From positions 1,120,001-1,184,000 of the forward strand of contig CAWFXL010000001.1 of assembly GCA_963819815.1 (NCBI GenBank): DNA of 64,000 nucleotides. The letters run 5' to 3'. Source of the stretch: an uncultured bacterium (lineage in GTDB: Bacteria > Babelota > Babeliae > Babelales > Babelaceae). Below the pieces are notes generated by a model. It ran no database searches. It was not told the origin of the DNA and worked only from the letters and a program-made list of their open reading frames with translations. A program made the translations under genes and the position numbers. The stretch's first letter is position 1; each line of letters starts with the position of its first letter. Shown here in pieces: positions 10,806 to 21,295 of the stretch.

Positions 10806-11488
10806 AAGTAACTCTTGGCATAGGATAGGCGCTTTTTCTTATATCAGTTTCGTTGATAGCACCCATCTTTTTGCTCATTGCCATTTCTCCAACTACTGCC
10901 AAGCAGAGAAAGATGCCCTGTATTGCTAAATATGCCTGGCTAGCAACTGGCAATAAAACTAGGGTGGCAACATTCGGCTTCACGATGCTCCCACCCAGTT
11001 TTAGAAGGGAAAGAATCTCACAGTTCTTATTGATTTTCCGATTGGTTAGCACATTTTTTCTATCCATCAAAGTACCCTCATCGCTTTCTGCCTGAGAAGT
11101 TAATAGATTTTTTTATCCATGTCTAGCAGAATCTTTAACCTCTCAAAGAAGATTTAGACCCTCTCAAAAAGAATAATGGAAAAATAAGCCCTTTTTGATA
11201 AAGCTTACAATGTGAATTATAATTGAAAAAAACCACCCTATGCCCGCGTGGGGCCTTGAAGAAATACAGGATTGATACAGTCCAAAAACCTGCTTTCATG
11301 ATTGATACGCCAATTACCTATAAATCCCTTCTTGGATCTCCTCTGGTAATGGGAGCAAATCGGCATTTCGGCCATGCTTGGCCTCTCTTTGGTACGATTA
11401 TATATGAGGCTATTGAACAATGCATAGAAGATTTAGTATACTCTTATATGTGAATGAATAAGAAAAGAAATATTAGGGAGAATGTTTC

Positions 11489-12145
11489 ATGATGAATCGT
11501 TTAACACTCATCCTCTGGGGACTCGTACTCAGTATGACCTCTGCTGCTTGCAGCATGGAGAGAAATAGCCGATTTTCTTACTCATATGACCATATCAACT
11601 CATGGTCTTTCTTAGAAGAGCTTGTAGTCAGCCAGCCACAGCGCTCGGTTAATGCTTGGTTTGGCCGAGGTGGTATTTCAGTTCTTGCTTCTCTTGGCGC
11701 AGGCTATCTCACCTATCTTGGCTCAAAGCAACTTTTTGACCATGCTAGTAAAGTGGGCAAAGTAGCTTCAGTTGGTGCTGGTCTTGGTGTTGGTTTCATG
11801 AGCTACTCTGCACTCCAAACATATCTTCTTAACCGAGCAGAACGAAACCAGATCCTCATGATCATGAAGTTATGGAATCAACTACGAGATAGAATTCCCT
11901 ACGAAGTATGGCCTATGCTCGATATTCTCTACAATAGTTATCTGAACGATAAGACATTATTCGAAAGCCAAATTGATGAAACACTGAGCTATCTCAAAGC
12001 TGAAGTGTATGGCAAATTCCCCAGTCGCTATAAAACTACCAGTGAATCATTCTTCACCAGCAGAAACTTAAGCGTCCAAATACGCGTAAATCTGTATAAG
12101 TTCCTAACAAAGGGCTTTGTGCTTCTTAAAGAACTTTTAAATTAG
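11489..12145 (+). CDS. Hypothetical exported/membrane protein
   Basis: Signal peptide plus two Gly-rich hydrophobic segments; agggag RBS. Confidence 0.7.
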   Translation: MMNRLTLILWGLVLSMTSAACSMERNSRFSYSYDHINSWSFLEELVVSQPQRSVNAWFGRGGISVLASLGAGYLTYLGSKQLFDHASKVGKVASVGAGLGVGFMSYSALQTYLLNRAERNQILMIMKLWNQLRDRIPYEVWPMLDILYNSYLNDKTLFESQIDETLSYLKAEVYGKFPSRYKTTSESFFTSRNLSVQIRVNLYKFLTKGFVLLKELLN

Positions 12146-13473
12146 CGAGCCTGCTTAAACTTCAGTATATGTGGATAGGTAAAGGCCAGATATAAAAGGC
12201 CGAGAAGATTTGGTACTGCAACCAATACTAAAATAACGTCCATAAGATTCCAAATGAGAGGCACAGCTACTAAAGCCCCACTAAATGCAATCATCGAAGC
12301 ACCAATATAATACGCACGAACATATCTATAATTGGTAAATGCGGCGAAACTCTGGCTTCCATTATAAGTATTACCAATAAGTGCAGTAATAACAAAAAGA
12401 AGTATGCTAACCATCAGAGCATATTGGGCACCAGGAAGCGCATGCATTTTAAAGGCCTCAAAAATAAGCGTATTATTGAGCCTATCTTTCAGGAGCCAAA
12501 CTCCAGTCACTAACGTCAATAATCCCGAAAGGGTACATAAAAGAATATCAGCGATACCTGAATAAAGAGCTAAAATACCCTGATCAGTTGGATGTTCAAC
12601 ATTAGCAAGGGCATGGGGTATAGATGAAGTACCTAGCCCAGCTTCCGTAATAAAAATACTTTTATAAATACCTTCCCTCATTGCAGCAAATACCGTTAAA
12701 CCAAGCGCTCCTCCAGCTAGTGCTGGTTCTGAGAAAGCATGAGCAAACACGGAACCAAGAGCAGGTAGGACGGCAGCATAATTCTTAATAAGAATGATCA
12801 AAGCAAAGCCTACATAGAGAAAAAATTTAATTGGCACGGCCCGACTTGCAAAATAGCCGATCCGATCAACCCCGCCAAGAACTACTACAAGCAGAATGAA
12901 CACGGCAAGAAGACCGGTCACCCAATGAGGTATTCCTTCCTGTGCCCATATACACGAGAGTGTATTAACCTGAACGCTTGACCAGCAGGTAAAAAGCAAA
13001 ATAGTGAGCCCCGCATACCATCGACCCAAGGAAGGCGTTATGAGAGCTAAGTATTGCGATGGGCCACCAATAATATCCCCTTTTAACGAGGTAGTGCGCG
13101 AATAAACTGCATAGCATACTTCCGTATATTTAGTTACTGCCCCCACACAAATATACAGCACCATCCAGAAGAGAGCTCCCGGCCCACCTATACTAATAGC
13201 CATTGAGGGACCAACTATATTACCCATACCAAGTGTAGTTGCCATGGCACTAAATAAGGCGCGAATTGGACTAATCGTATGAGCACCTGTATGGCCCTTT
13301 TGAATACCACTCTTGAGTAAATAGAGAAAGCGAGGGAAAGCACGAATTTGAATAAAACCGGTTTTAATGGTGAGGATAATTCCCGTCGCAAGGAAAAGAG
13401 CGATCGTGGGTATCGCTAAATAGGCATTAATAGTAGAGAGAACAGAATAGCATGTAGTTTGAATATCGATCAC
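12142..13473 (-). CDS. Sodium:alanine/glycine symporter (AGCS family)
   Basis: GMGNIVG, GGPGALFWM, GGP, ITEAGLGT motifs. Confidence 0.93.
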   Translation of the reverse strand: MIDIQTTCYSVLSTINAYLAIPTIALFLATGIILTIKTGFIQIRAFPRFLYLLKSGIQKGHTGAHTISPIRALFSAMATTLGMGNIVGPSMAISIGGPGALFWMVLYICVGAVTKYTEVCYAVYSRTTSLKGDIIGGPSQYLALITPSLGRWYAGLTILLFTCWSSVQVNTLSCIWAQEGIPHWVTGLLAVFILLVVVLGGVDRIGYFASRAVPIKFFLYVGFALIILIKNYAAVLPALGSVFAHAFSEPALAGGALGLTVFAAMREGIYKSIFITEAGLGTSSIPHALANVEHPTDQGILALYSGIADILLCTLSGLLTLVTGVWLLKDRLNNTLIFEAFKMHALPGAQYALMVSILLFVITALIGNTYNGSQSFAAFTNYRYVRAYYIGASMIAFSGALVAVPLIWNLMDVILVLVAVPNLLGLLYLAFTYPHILKFKQAR

Positions 13474-13491
13474 AACTTTCCTTTTCTCTGT

Positions 13492-14091
13492 TTATAACCG
13501 CTTTGCAAGTACCGATAGGGCCTGCTTAAGAAGCTCATCAAATGAGCTTGACTCAAGGTTTGCATGTTTGTTTATAAAATCAAGGGCTTGAGAGACCTCT
13601 GAGTGCTTATAATGCAGTGCAGTAAGAGCTGCCGATATCTGTTTAACTTTATGAAGGCCGGCATGTTGTGCTGGCTGAAATTCTTCAGGGGCTATCTTAG
13701 CCACTTTATCCTTGAGTTGCATGATGATGAGCTCTGCTTTCTTCGGGCCAATACCATGCACTTGGCTTAAGGCTTGCGCATCACCCGTCACCACAATCTG
13801 CAGAAATTGATAGGGTGGCATAGCGCTCAGAACGGCTAATCCAATTTTAGGACCACAACCGGTACAGCTCACAATGTTCTGGAATACCATTTTAGCACTT
13901 AAGGAATCAAACCCATACAACTGGGGTCCATTATCCTGGCTCCAATGAGTATACACCTGTAAGATAACCTGCTGATCTTTCTTGTACAGTCGATCATCGC
14001 ATACCGCAATTGCATACCCGATACCGTGAACGTCAACAGTAATGAGCTGATGAGCTTTATCTATAATGGTACCTCGAACATACGCTATCAT
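13492..14091 (-). CDS. ruvA: Holliday junction branch migration protein RuvA
   Basis: MIAYVRG, GIGY, LYGF, GPKIGLAVLS, GIGPKKAELI. Confidence 0.95.
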   Translation of the reverse strand: MIAYVRGTIIDKAHQLITVDVHGIGYAIAVCDDRLYKKDQQVILQVYTHWSQDNGPQLYGFDSLSAKMVFQNIVSCTGCGPKIGLAVLSAMPPYQFLQIVVTGDAQALSQVHGIGPKKAELIIMQLKDKVAKIAPEEFQPAQHAGLHKVKQISAALTALHYKHSEVSQALDFINKHANLESSSFDELLKQALSVLAKRL

Positions 14092-14346
14092 ACTGTTTTT
14101 CCTCTATGGAAAGTATCTTTCACCGTTGCTAGATCACTATGCCTTTTAAGAATACTGTTTTTTCAATATCTCTCAATAGAAAAGCTACTCTTTCGTTCCA
14201 AAGATCCTATTGCTCATCAATCATAAGGCCCAAGATCCTGGCATATGAAGCTATTAAGAACCAGCACCTTCTCTATAAGCTCGCAATAATCGCACTATTC
14301 CACTCATTGACCAATCTGTTTCATTGTGATACTGTGATAGGTATGC

Positions 14347-14422
14347 GCGGGAATAGCTCAGCTGGTAGAGCGTTGCCTTGCCAAGGCAAAGGTCGCGGGT
14401 TCGAATCCCGTTTCCCGCTCCA
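14347..14422 (+). tRNA. tRNA-Gly(GCC)
   Basis: GCGGGAA/TTCCCGC acceptor stem, anticodon arm TTGCC-TT-GCC-AA-GGCAA, GGTTCGAATC T-loop, encoded CCA. Confidence 0.98.
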
Positions 14423-14472
14423 GTATCATAGACACTGTGCCCCCTCATTACATGTTACCATCAAAGGGACCT

Positions 14473-15057
14473 ATGAAATCACTCATGGAAGAAGCTTCAT
14501 CGATCAGCAAAGCTATCGAAAAAGGCTGGACAAATGCAGGCAAACCTAAAGAATTTACGATTAAGGTGTATGAAGAGCCACAGAGAAACTTTATCGGAAT
14601 GACCATCCGTCCTGCTAAAATTGGCATATTTTTTACCGAACCAATTAAGCAGGCCATCGATACTCGGCGAATCAAACCAAAGGCTCCTGCACCTGCACAG
14701 CAGCCAAGAGTCATTGAACGAATAAAAGAAGAACCAAGAAGAGAAACTAAACCTCTTGAAGAAAGACCGCCCAAAAAACTGGAAGACTTAGGACCTATAT
14801 GGAGCGACGAGATGGTCAGCTCAGGAAAAGAATGGGTCACCGAACTACTCAAATACATGGGGTTTGGCCATATATCATTTACGATAGAGCCGGTACGTTT
14901 CCATCTGAGAATCAACTTTCAACAGGGCCTTATTGAAGATAAAGAAAAACAAAAACATCTCTTTGCAGTTCTTTCAGGACTGCTTTTAACCATGCTTAAG
15001 CGCCAATGTAAACGACCTCTTCGCGGTTATAAAGTTGTGCTTACAGAGGAGTCCTAA
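14473..15057 (+). CDS. jag: Jag/EloR N-terminal domain protein (no R3H domain)
   Basis: Jag_N-like start (SISKAIEKG...IKVYEEPQRNFIGM.IRPAKI); position directly upstream of mnmE matches conserved synteny. Confidence 0.7.
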   Translation: MKSLMEEASSISKAIEKGWTNAGKPKEFTIKVYEEPQRNFIGMTIRPAKIGIFFTEPIKQAIDTRRIKPKAPAPAQQPRVIERIKEEPRRETKPLEERPPKKLEDLGPIWSDEMVSSGKEWVTELLKYMGFGHISFTIEPVRFHLRINFQQGLIEDKEKQKHLFAVLSGLLLTMLKRQCKRPLRGYKVVLTEES

Positions 15058-15067
15058 CGGTGATCAT

Positions 15068-16441
15068 ATGCTATCGCATGACGATGAGTGCATAGTTGCG
15101 CAGTGCACTCCCCAAGGAACAGGTGCTCTTGCGTTACTCAGGATTAGCGGTACTTCTGTACGTACACTTGTCAATGACATCGTACATCTTGCTTCTCAAA
15201 AATATATTACTGAGGTTCCTACCCATACCATTCATTACGGTTCTATCATCGATGATGCCGGATCTCTTATTGATCAGGTTATGGTTATCGTTATGGATGC
15301 GCCACGAACCTTTACTGGTCAAGACGTTATAGAGATTACCTGCCATAACAACCCTTTTTTAATTGAATCGATCATTAACCAGATCATCAAACGGGGCGCG
15401 CGACTTGCCGAGGTAGGCGAATTTACTCGTCGAGCATTTCAAGCTGGTAAACTGGATCTTGTTCAAGCTGAAGCGATACATGAGCTCATAGGAGCTCAAA
15501 CCCAACATGCACTTAAAGCATCCTTAGCGCAGCTTGAAGGAAGCTTATCAAACTGGATTCATGCACTTGAGAAAGAGCTTTTACAGGCAATTGCCTGGTG
15601 TGAAGCAAGCTTTGAATTCTTAGATGAAGAGGTGGAGTTTGGCGTCCGTATACAGCAACGGCTTGAAAGCCTACTTACTAGAATTAAAACCTTAAGGCGT
15701 ACCTTCAATACTCAGCAGCAGATTCGTCAAGGAATTAGGATTGCTCTCATAGGCTCAGTTAACACCGGTAAATCTTCCCTTTTTAATATGCTACTTCATC
15801 AGAAGCGAGCTATTGTTACCGACATTGCCGGCACCACTCGTGATTCGATCGAGGCCGGTCTTACTATCCAGGGCAACCATTGGACCCTGGTAGATACTGC
15901 AGGGCTGAGAAGTACCAAGGACATCATAGAGCAAGAAGGAATAAAGCGCTCTCATGAAGAAGCAAAGAAGGCGGACATCATTCTCTTAGTAGTTGATGGA
16001 AGTCGCCCTCTTACCGACCAGGAATATGCTGCCTACGTAGATTTACAGAAAACCTATGCCTCAAAGTGTATCCTGGTCCATAATAAAGCAGATTGTCTTT
16101 CGTCTGAAAGCAACCAACTTTTACTACATTGTCCGATTAAAGTTTCTGCGATGAGAGATACAGACCGAGAGCTCCTTGAAAATGCTATCCAGAAAAAGAT
16201 AGTTGAGTTATTTACAGAACTAGATTCACCCTACTTACTCAATGCAAGGCAACATAAGCTCCTTGTAGATCTTGAAGCCAAGCTTACACATATTCATGAT
16301 CACATGTTTCAGAGTCCACAGTACGAACTTATTTCATATCACTTACAAGACGCCCTCACCACTCTGAGTGAACTCACAGGCAAGGCAATCAGTGAAGCTG
16401 CTCTCGACACCGTCTTTAAAGAATTCTGCGTCGGTAAATAG
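15068..16441 (+). CDS. mnmE: tRNA modification GTPase MnmE
   Basis: PRTFTGQD, GEFTRRAF, GSVNTGKSS, IAGTTRD, DTAGLR, C-terminal FCVGK. Confidence 0.97.
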   Translation: MLSHDDECIVAQCTPQGTGALALLRISGTSVRTLVNDIVHLASQKYITEVPTHTIHYGSIIDDAGSLIDQVMVIVMDAPRTFTGQDVIEITCHNNPFLIESIINQIIKRGARLAEVGEFTRRAFQAGKLDLVQAEAIHELIGAQTQHALKASLAQLEGSLSNWIHALEKELLQAIAWCEASFEFLDEEVEFGVRIQQRLESLLTRIKTLRRTFNTQQQIRQGIRIALIGSVNTGKSSLFNMLLHQKRAIVTDIAGTTRDSIEAGLTIQGNHWTLVDTAGLRSTKDIIEQEGIKRSHEEAKKADIILLVVDGSRPLTDQEYAAYVDLQKTYASKCILVHNKADCLSSESNQLLLHCPIKVSAMRDTDRELLENAIQKKIVELFTELDSPYLLNARQHKLLVDLEAKLTHIHDHMFQSPQYELISYHLQDALTTLSELTGKAISEAALDTVFKEFCVGK

Positions 16442-16476
16442 CATAAACTTCACGTAGACCTAGAAGTATCACCATA

Positions 16477-16965
16477 TTAGCGGATGAGCATGATTAGGGC
16501 CATTGCAGCCATTAAAAGGTCTTCAAAGAGGGTCACATACGTCATAGGAATCTTAAACACCGTTCCCAAGCAAGCACACATTATCGTTCTTTTTTGTGCT
16601 AGTTCCTGAGCAACTCCAATACTGCTCACAAGCATGAGCACTAGGGTAACCCAATTAGTGATGATCGGATAGAGATGTCCGATATAGGCAATACCCAAAC
16701 CGATCTCAATAAAAGGGTAACTGTAAGCATAGAGCGTACTTCGTTGTGCAAGGATGTCATAGGTAGCATACGCTTCAGCAAATTCCTTGAGCTTGAGAAG
16801 TTTAAAACTCCCAAAAATAAGAAAAAAGCTCCCCATGAAATCATTCATTGCTTCATGGAGATCCCACCCAAAAATCCACCGCCGAAGTAAGCTAAAACAG
16901 AGAATTATGCAGAAAATACTTATGAGAGGCAAAAAGTCTTTTAATCTATAGGTACCTTGCTTCAT
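16477..16965 (-). CDS. MauE/DoxX-family membrane protein
   Basis: MNDFMGSFF..FK, YD.LA, YPFIE, CACLG, EDLLM. Confidence 0.8.
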   Translation of the reverse strand: MKQGTYRLKDFLPLISIFCIILCFSLLRRWIFGWDLHEAMNDFMGSFFLIFGSFKLLKLKEFAEAYATYDILAQRSTLYAYSYPFIEIGLGIAYIGHLYPIITNWVTLVLMLVSSIGVAQELAQKRTIMCACLGTVFKIPMTYVTLFEDLLMAAMALIMLIR

Positions 16966-16988
16966 CGCTCACCCTCCTTATATAATTC

Positions 16989-17552
16989 TCAAGGAGCCAG
17001 AGGATACCAGCGCAGATGCCACGGCTCATAGACATACTCAGTACCACCCTTAGGATAGCTTATCTTAAAGTTAAACTTGGGAGCATTCTTCTCAAGCCAG
17101 CCTACATATTTAAGCTTCGGATCAAGAGTAAAGGTAAAATTATTTTCGGAAGAAAGAACATCTACTACGGTACCCAACTGATGCTCAGAATGGCCAGGAC
17201 GTGCAGAATACGTATTTGCCAACTCTTCGGCCTGTGCTCGAGTTAGCTTGGTATTTTTTGTGCGTTCTTGATCTACCCAACGAGTAAACACAGTCTTCTG
17301 GTAGTCATAACCACGATACCCTGATACTACTTTGAGTGTTAATCCATCTTTCTTCGCAGCATCTAAGAGTCGTTGAAGATCTTGAACAATCCGCTTTGAT
17401 ACTTGTACACCATTAAAGGTTACCAGGTCATGAGGTGCATAGTCACCAAGTGAAATCGTTTTAGATACCTTTTTTAAAGCAGGATCAGCCGCCTCAGTAT
17501 AACCAAGGACAGCTGATACTACAATCACTGTAAAAAGAATCTTAGTAAGCAC
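16989..17552 (-). CDS. M15B D-alanyl-D-alanine carboxypeptidase (VanY-like)
   Basis: SGYR, SARPGHSEHQLG, YEPWHLR; signal peptide. Confidence 0.93.
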   Translation of the reverse strand: MLTKILFTVIVVSAVLGYTEAADPALKKVSKTISLGDYAPHDLVTFNGVQVSKRIVQDLQRLLDAAKKDGLTLKVVSGYRGYDYQKTVFTRWVDQERTKNTKLTRAQAEELANTYSARPGHSEHQLGTVVDVLSSENNFTFTLDPKLKYVGWLEKNAPKFNFKISYPKGGTEYVYEPWHLRWYPLAP

Positions 17553-17558
17553 TAGTTG

Positions 17559-18194
17559 TTACCCTTGAGCTCTCATAAGATCCGCATATATTTCTACTCG
17601 ACGATTAGGTGCTTGTTGTTGTCTGTCACCAGAAGGCACTATAAGATGCTCACATCCTCGACCGACGACGTGAATTTCTCCGCGAATTCCCTCGTTTGCA
17701 AGAGCATCTTTTACCGCTTGCGCGCGTTTCTCTGACAACATCATATTATAATCAGTAGAACCTGCAGAATCACAGGCATGCCCTTCAAGAGTAATACGGT
17801 ACCCTTTATCAAGAAGTGATTTTATTACCTGAATGTCATGAGCAAGAACCGATCTTTGATCAGGAGGAAGATCGCTCATTTCATACTTATTAAATTCAAA
17901 GTAAAGTGTTTTCAACCCGTATTGAGCACTATCAGCTCGTAGATCTGCAGCCTTTAATTCAGAGCGCGTAGCTTTGAGTTCCTCTTCTTGTTCCATGTTG
18001 GCTGCAACAGCTGCGCTGAATGAGTTCTCATCATCTCTTACGACAAATGCACCCAGTTCATCATCAAATTCCGTACGACTGACAGTTGGCTGTTGAGACC
18101 CCGTCGTCATCTTGCGTGGGGTATAGCGAGAATTTCTCCTGCATGCAGGAACGAGTAATAGAAGACCTGACAGTATGATTATTTTTTTAGTCAT
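17559..18194 (-). CDS. OmpA/Pal-like peptidoglycan-binding lipoprotein
   Basis: Lipobox-like LVPAC; LEGHACD..GS..YN..LSEKRA, NRRVEI; ggagg RBS before ATG 18194. Confidence 0.9.
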   Translation of the reverse strand: MTKKIIILSGLLLLVPACRRNSRYTPRKMTTGSQQPTVSRTEFDDELGAFVVRDDENSFSAAVAANMEQEEELKATRSELKAADLRADSAQYGLKTLYFEFNKYEMSDLPPDQRSVLAHDIQVIKSLLDKGYRITLEGHACDSAGSTDYNMMLSEKRAQAVKDALANEGIRGEIHVVGRGCEHLIVPSGDRQQQAPNRRVEIYADLMRAQG

Positions 18195-18275
18195 TAAACG
18201 TTCCTCCAAAAAATATAGTGATAGTTTGTCGCTATCACTATATCATATGGTAAGAAAATTTCTAGCTAGAAGAAA

Positions 18276-18689
18276 TTACGCGGCTTCTGTCGTTGTCGGT
18301 TCAGTTGCCGCAGGCTCTGTCGCTGAAGCTCTTTCGCCCACTGAGAATAACTCATAAGGAGCTGCACCTTCAACTGTTGAAACAGAGTACACAAATGGTT
18401 GGCCCCATGCATCAACTAAATCTGCTTCTACAGCAAGAGCTTCTGTCCAGTTTTTGCGAAGAGACTCATCTTTAGGTCCTTCAACCAACTCTTTAAGATC
18501 TCCTGGAAGAACGCCAACTTTTTCTTTATAGGCAGCAATTTGAGTATCGAGCTTTTGGAGCTTTTCTCGCGTTGCTACAGCATTATCTTGTTGTGTTTCC
18601 GCAGATTTTTCTTGTGTAGTCTCGCTACTGAACCAGTTACATCCTGGTACCATTAAGAGAAAAAGGGAAAGAACAAGCACTTTTTTCAT
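18276..18689 (-). CDS. Lipoprotein with GspG-like (T2SS pseudopilin) C-terminal domain
   Basis: MKKVLVLSLFLLMVPGC signal; LP.DLKELVEGP, DAWGQPFVY and YELFSVG resemble GspG DPWG..Y.Y and ..L.S.G. Confidence 0.65.
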   Translation of the reverse strand: MKKVLVLSLFLLMVPGCNWFSSETTQEKSAETQQDNAVATREKLQKLDTQIAAYKEKVGVLPGDLKELVEGPKDESLRKNWTEALAVEADLVDAWGQPFVYSVSTVEGAAPYELFSVGERASATEPAATEPTTTEAA

Positions 18690-18842
18690 AAAATAACTCC
18701 TTAAAATATGTGGGTTTAAGGGGTAGTATACTCCCATATTAGAAAAATACTAGATATCCGTTCTATTTATCCAAAAAGTTATGGTATACTAAGCCTATTA
18801 AAAAATTTATCGTTGGCTCGTTACCTCACTTAGTTAGGCCAC

Positions 18843-20348
18843 ATGAAAAAGATTCTCATTAATGTCACCCCTTGGCAGACACGTGTTGCAATTACACGCG
18901 GGGATAATCTGCAGAATATTTATTTCTCGTCCCATGCTACTGAGCGCTTGGAGCGTTCCTACTTTTTGGGCGTTGTTACCAAAGTGCTTCCTGGCATACA
19001 AACGGCATTTGTCGAAATTGGTAAGGAACGTGCAGGATTTCTGCATATCTCTGAGATAGATCGTTCCCTTGCTCTCAACAAAATGTCCGATGTCTTTGAG
19101 GATGATGAAGAGATACCAAAACAAAGGCCTACACAAAAGCCAGACATCTCAAAGATTGTTAGAGAGGGTGAAACACTTCTCGTTCAAGTAAGCAAGGAGC
19201 CGGTTAATGAAAAAGGTGCCAAGCTTACCACGTGCTTTACCTTACCTGGCCGGTTTATTGTACTTATGCCCAATATCCCTCGGATTGGTATATCTAAAAA
19301 AATCGAATCTCGTGAAGAGCGTGTCCGCTTAAAAGAGCTCCTGCTTTCGAACTTGCCTGCTGGCATGGGAGCAATTATTCGTACAACTTCTGAAGATCAG
19401 AATGCTCAAGACATTTTACAAGATCTTCAGTACCTTGTTTCTACGTGGCGCACGATAGAAGCGCGCGCTAAAGACGCAAAAGCTAAAGAAAAAATCTATG
19501 AAGACATAGATCTGAGCCTACAAGCAGTTAGAGACCATCTTGATACCGATGTTGAACTTGTTATCAGTGATGATCCTGAAAATCAGAAAGAGATCCATAA
19601 ATTCGTAAAGAACACTGCTCCAGAGCATGCTCATAAGGTAAAGCTCTACAGTGGACCTCCTGCCTTATTTGATCGCTATAATATTGAGACCCAGATTGAG
19701 CAAAGCCTTAAAAGTAAGGTCTTCTTAAAATCTGGGGGCTCCATCGTTATCGAGTCAACCGAAGCTATGACCGTCGTCGATGTCAATACGGGCAGATTCA
19801 TAGGCAAAACAAATCTTGAAGACACCATCTTAAAAACTAATATGGAAGCAGCTGAAGAAGTCGTGAGACAATTACGCCTGCGTAATATTGGTGGCCTTAT
19901 CGTTATCGACTTCATAGATATGGCAAGTGGTGCACATCGTCAAAAACTGTTCCGCTTCTTTGAGAAAACTCTTAAGGAACATGACAAATTCCAGTCAGTC
20001 GTTCTTAAAGTATCTGAGTTTGGCCTTGTCCAGATGACGCGTAAGCGCTCTGGCAAGACACTTATGCATGAACTCATGCAACCCTGTGACGAATGCCGTG
20101 GGCTTGGCTTTGTAAAATCAACCTCAAACCAGTCCTATACCGTATTACGGGCACTGACGGAAGAGCTTTCACATAAGAAAAAGGAGTGTAAGTCTGTTAC
20201 TCTCAGCCTGCACCCAGCTATATTTAATTTCATTACAACGCTTGAATACAATGCTATTCTCGATCTTGAAAAAAAATATGGTATCAAAATTATGCTCATA
20301 AGTAGTGACCACATAGAGATTCACAGCTATAAATTTCAGATGAACTAA
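18843..20348 (+). CDS. rng: Ribonuclease G (Rne/Rng family)
   Basis: S1 domain VLPGIQTAFV..GFLH, DVNTG, GGLIVIDFIDM, FGLVQMTRKR, CxxCxG. Confidence 0.95.
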   Translation: MKKILINVTPWQTRVAITRGDNLQNIYFSSHATERLERSYFLGVVTKVLPGIQTAFVEIGKERAGFLHISEIDRSLALNKMSDVFEDDEEIPKQRPTQKPDISKIVREGETLLVQVSKEPVNEKGAKLTTCFTLPGRFIVLMPNIPRIGISKKIESREERVRLKELLLSNLPAGMGAIIRTTSEDQNAQDILQDLQYLVSTWRTIEARAKDAKAKEKIYEDIDLSLQAVRDHLDTDVELVISDDPENQKEIHKFVKNTAPEHAHKVKLYSGPPALFDRYNIETQIEQSLKSKVFLKSGGSIVIESTEAMTVVDVNTGRFIGKTNLEDTILKTNMEAAEEVVRQLRLRNIGGLIVIDFIDMASGAHRQKLFRFFEKTLKEHDKFQSVVLKVSEFGLVQMTRKRSGKTLMHELMQPCDECRGLGFVKSTSNQSYTVLRALTEELSHKKKECKSVTLSLHPAIFNFITTLEYNAILDLEKKYGIKIMLISSDHIEIHSYKFQMN

Positions 20349-20554
20349 TTGAGATATATTAGAAATATCAGTGATTCAATCTTGGTGAGGGGATCCCTTT
20401 TTCAGGAACAGACATTTGAAAAAGTATTCTCAGATTATCCACCATCAATAGGCATGTCTTGGTGAATTTGCCAAGTATCGATTTAGCGAATCTCTTAAGC
20501 CATCAAATTTAGCGGAAAGGCTTTCCTGTTGCCAAAGAACTCTTTCTGTATTTT

Positions 20555-21295
20555 CTAATAGAGTTCAGGTAAATAATCATGCAACCTTGAAAGATTACAT
20601 GATTTCGAAAACTTCCGCGCGAATAGATATGATTTGTCATTTATGGCTTTTACCAACAATGTAAAGTAGTGCCCATCATTAAGATTTTCAAAAAAGTACG
20701 GGCTGCTGATGCAATCTGGGCACCAGAACTCTAAGGTCAAGTACTCATTTACAATCTCATGTAACAACCCATTGAAAGCAAGGATAGATGATGGAAAATG
20801 CTCCTCATCAAAACGAGCACTCGCAAAGATATCAATATAGGTAGTATCGTCAACCATTAATTGAGCATGCTTTCTATTAAGGACTATCCAGGTACAATTT
20901 TTATAGATATCTTTTAAATTGCCAAATTTACGATCATTCCGACTGTAAGGCGAATGCCAAAATTCACTATAAGGATGACGCATCAAGTGCATATAGGCAT
21001 GCTCAAAAGAAGTAATCGGTATAGCTGTCTCAGAAAGAAACACAAACTTTGAGTTATTCTGATCTTTTAATGCTTCCCTCAGTAACGCAATTTGTGCTTT
21101 CATCGTATTTGCCCACGTCGTAGGAACTATCTCACCGATGACAGAAGGTGCAAAAAATGATCTAGAATCCACTCCGTTCTTCGAATGCATATATATCGAA
21201 CAATATTTTTCGTGGCCTGAAAAATATTTAATCCAGTTGGGTGTATGATAAACATCTCCCACTGTAAGAAAAAGAAACGCTATTTTTGGTATCAT
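20555..21295 (-). CDS. Core-2/I-branching-type glycosyltransferase (GT14-like)
   Basis: KIAFLFLT, SIYMH, ALLREAL.D..N.KFVFLSE..IP, W..LNRKHA, DEE, LFARKF. Confidence 0.82.
   Translation of the reverse strand: MIPKIAFLFLTVGDVYHTPNWIKYFSGHEKYCSIYMHSKNGVDSRSFFAPSVIGEIVPTTWANTMKAQIALLREALKDQNNSKFVFLSETAIPITSFEHAYMHLMRHPYSEFWHSPYSRNDRKFGNLKDIYKNCTWIVLNRKHAQLMVDDTTYIDIFASARFDEEHFPSSILAFNGLLHEIVNEYLTLEFWCPDCISSPYFFENLNDGHYFTLLVKAINDKSYLFARKFSKSCNLSRLHDYLPELY

Noticed and set aside
10774..11453. Short ORFs between ddl and 11489
   Set aside because: No recognisable motifs or convincing RBS; may be gene remnants but cannot be supported.
14347..14422. tRNA-Gly as an integration site
   Set aside because: No integrase and no duplicated tRNA 3' end seen in the window; flanks are housekeeping genes.
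14139..14549. 136-aa ORF across the tRNA, and similar short antisense or alternate-frame ORFs inside long genes
   Set aside because: Shadow ORFs overlapping well-supported features.
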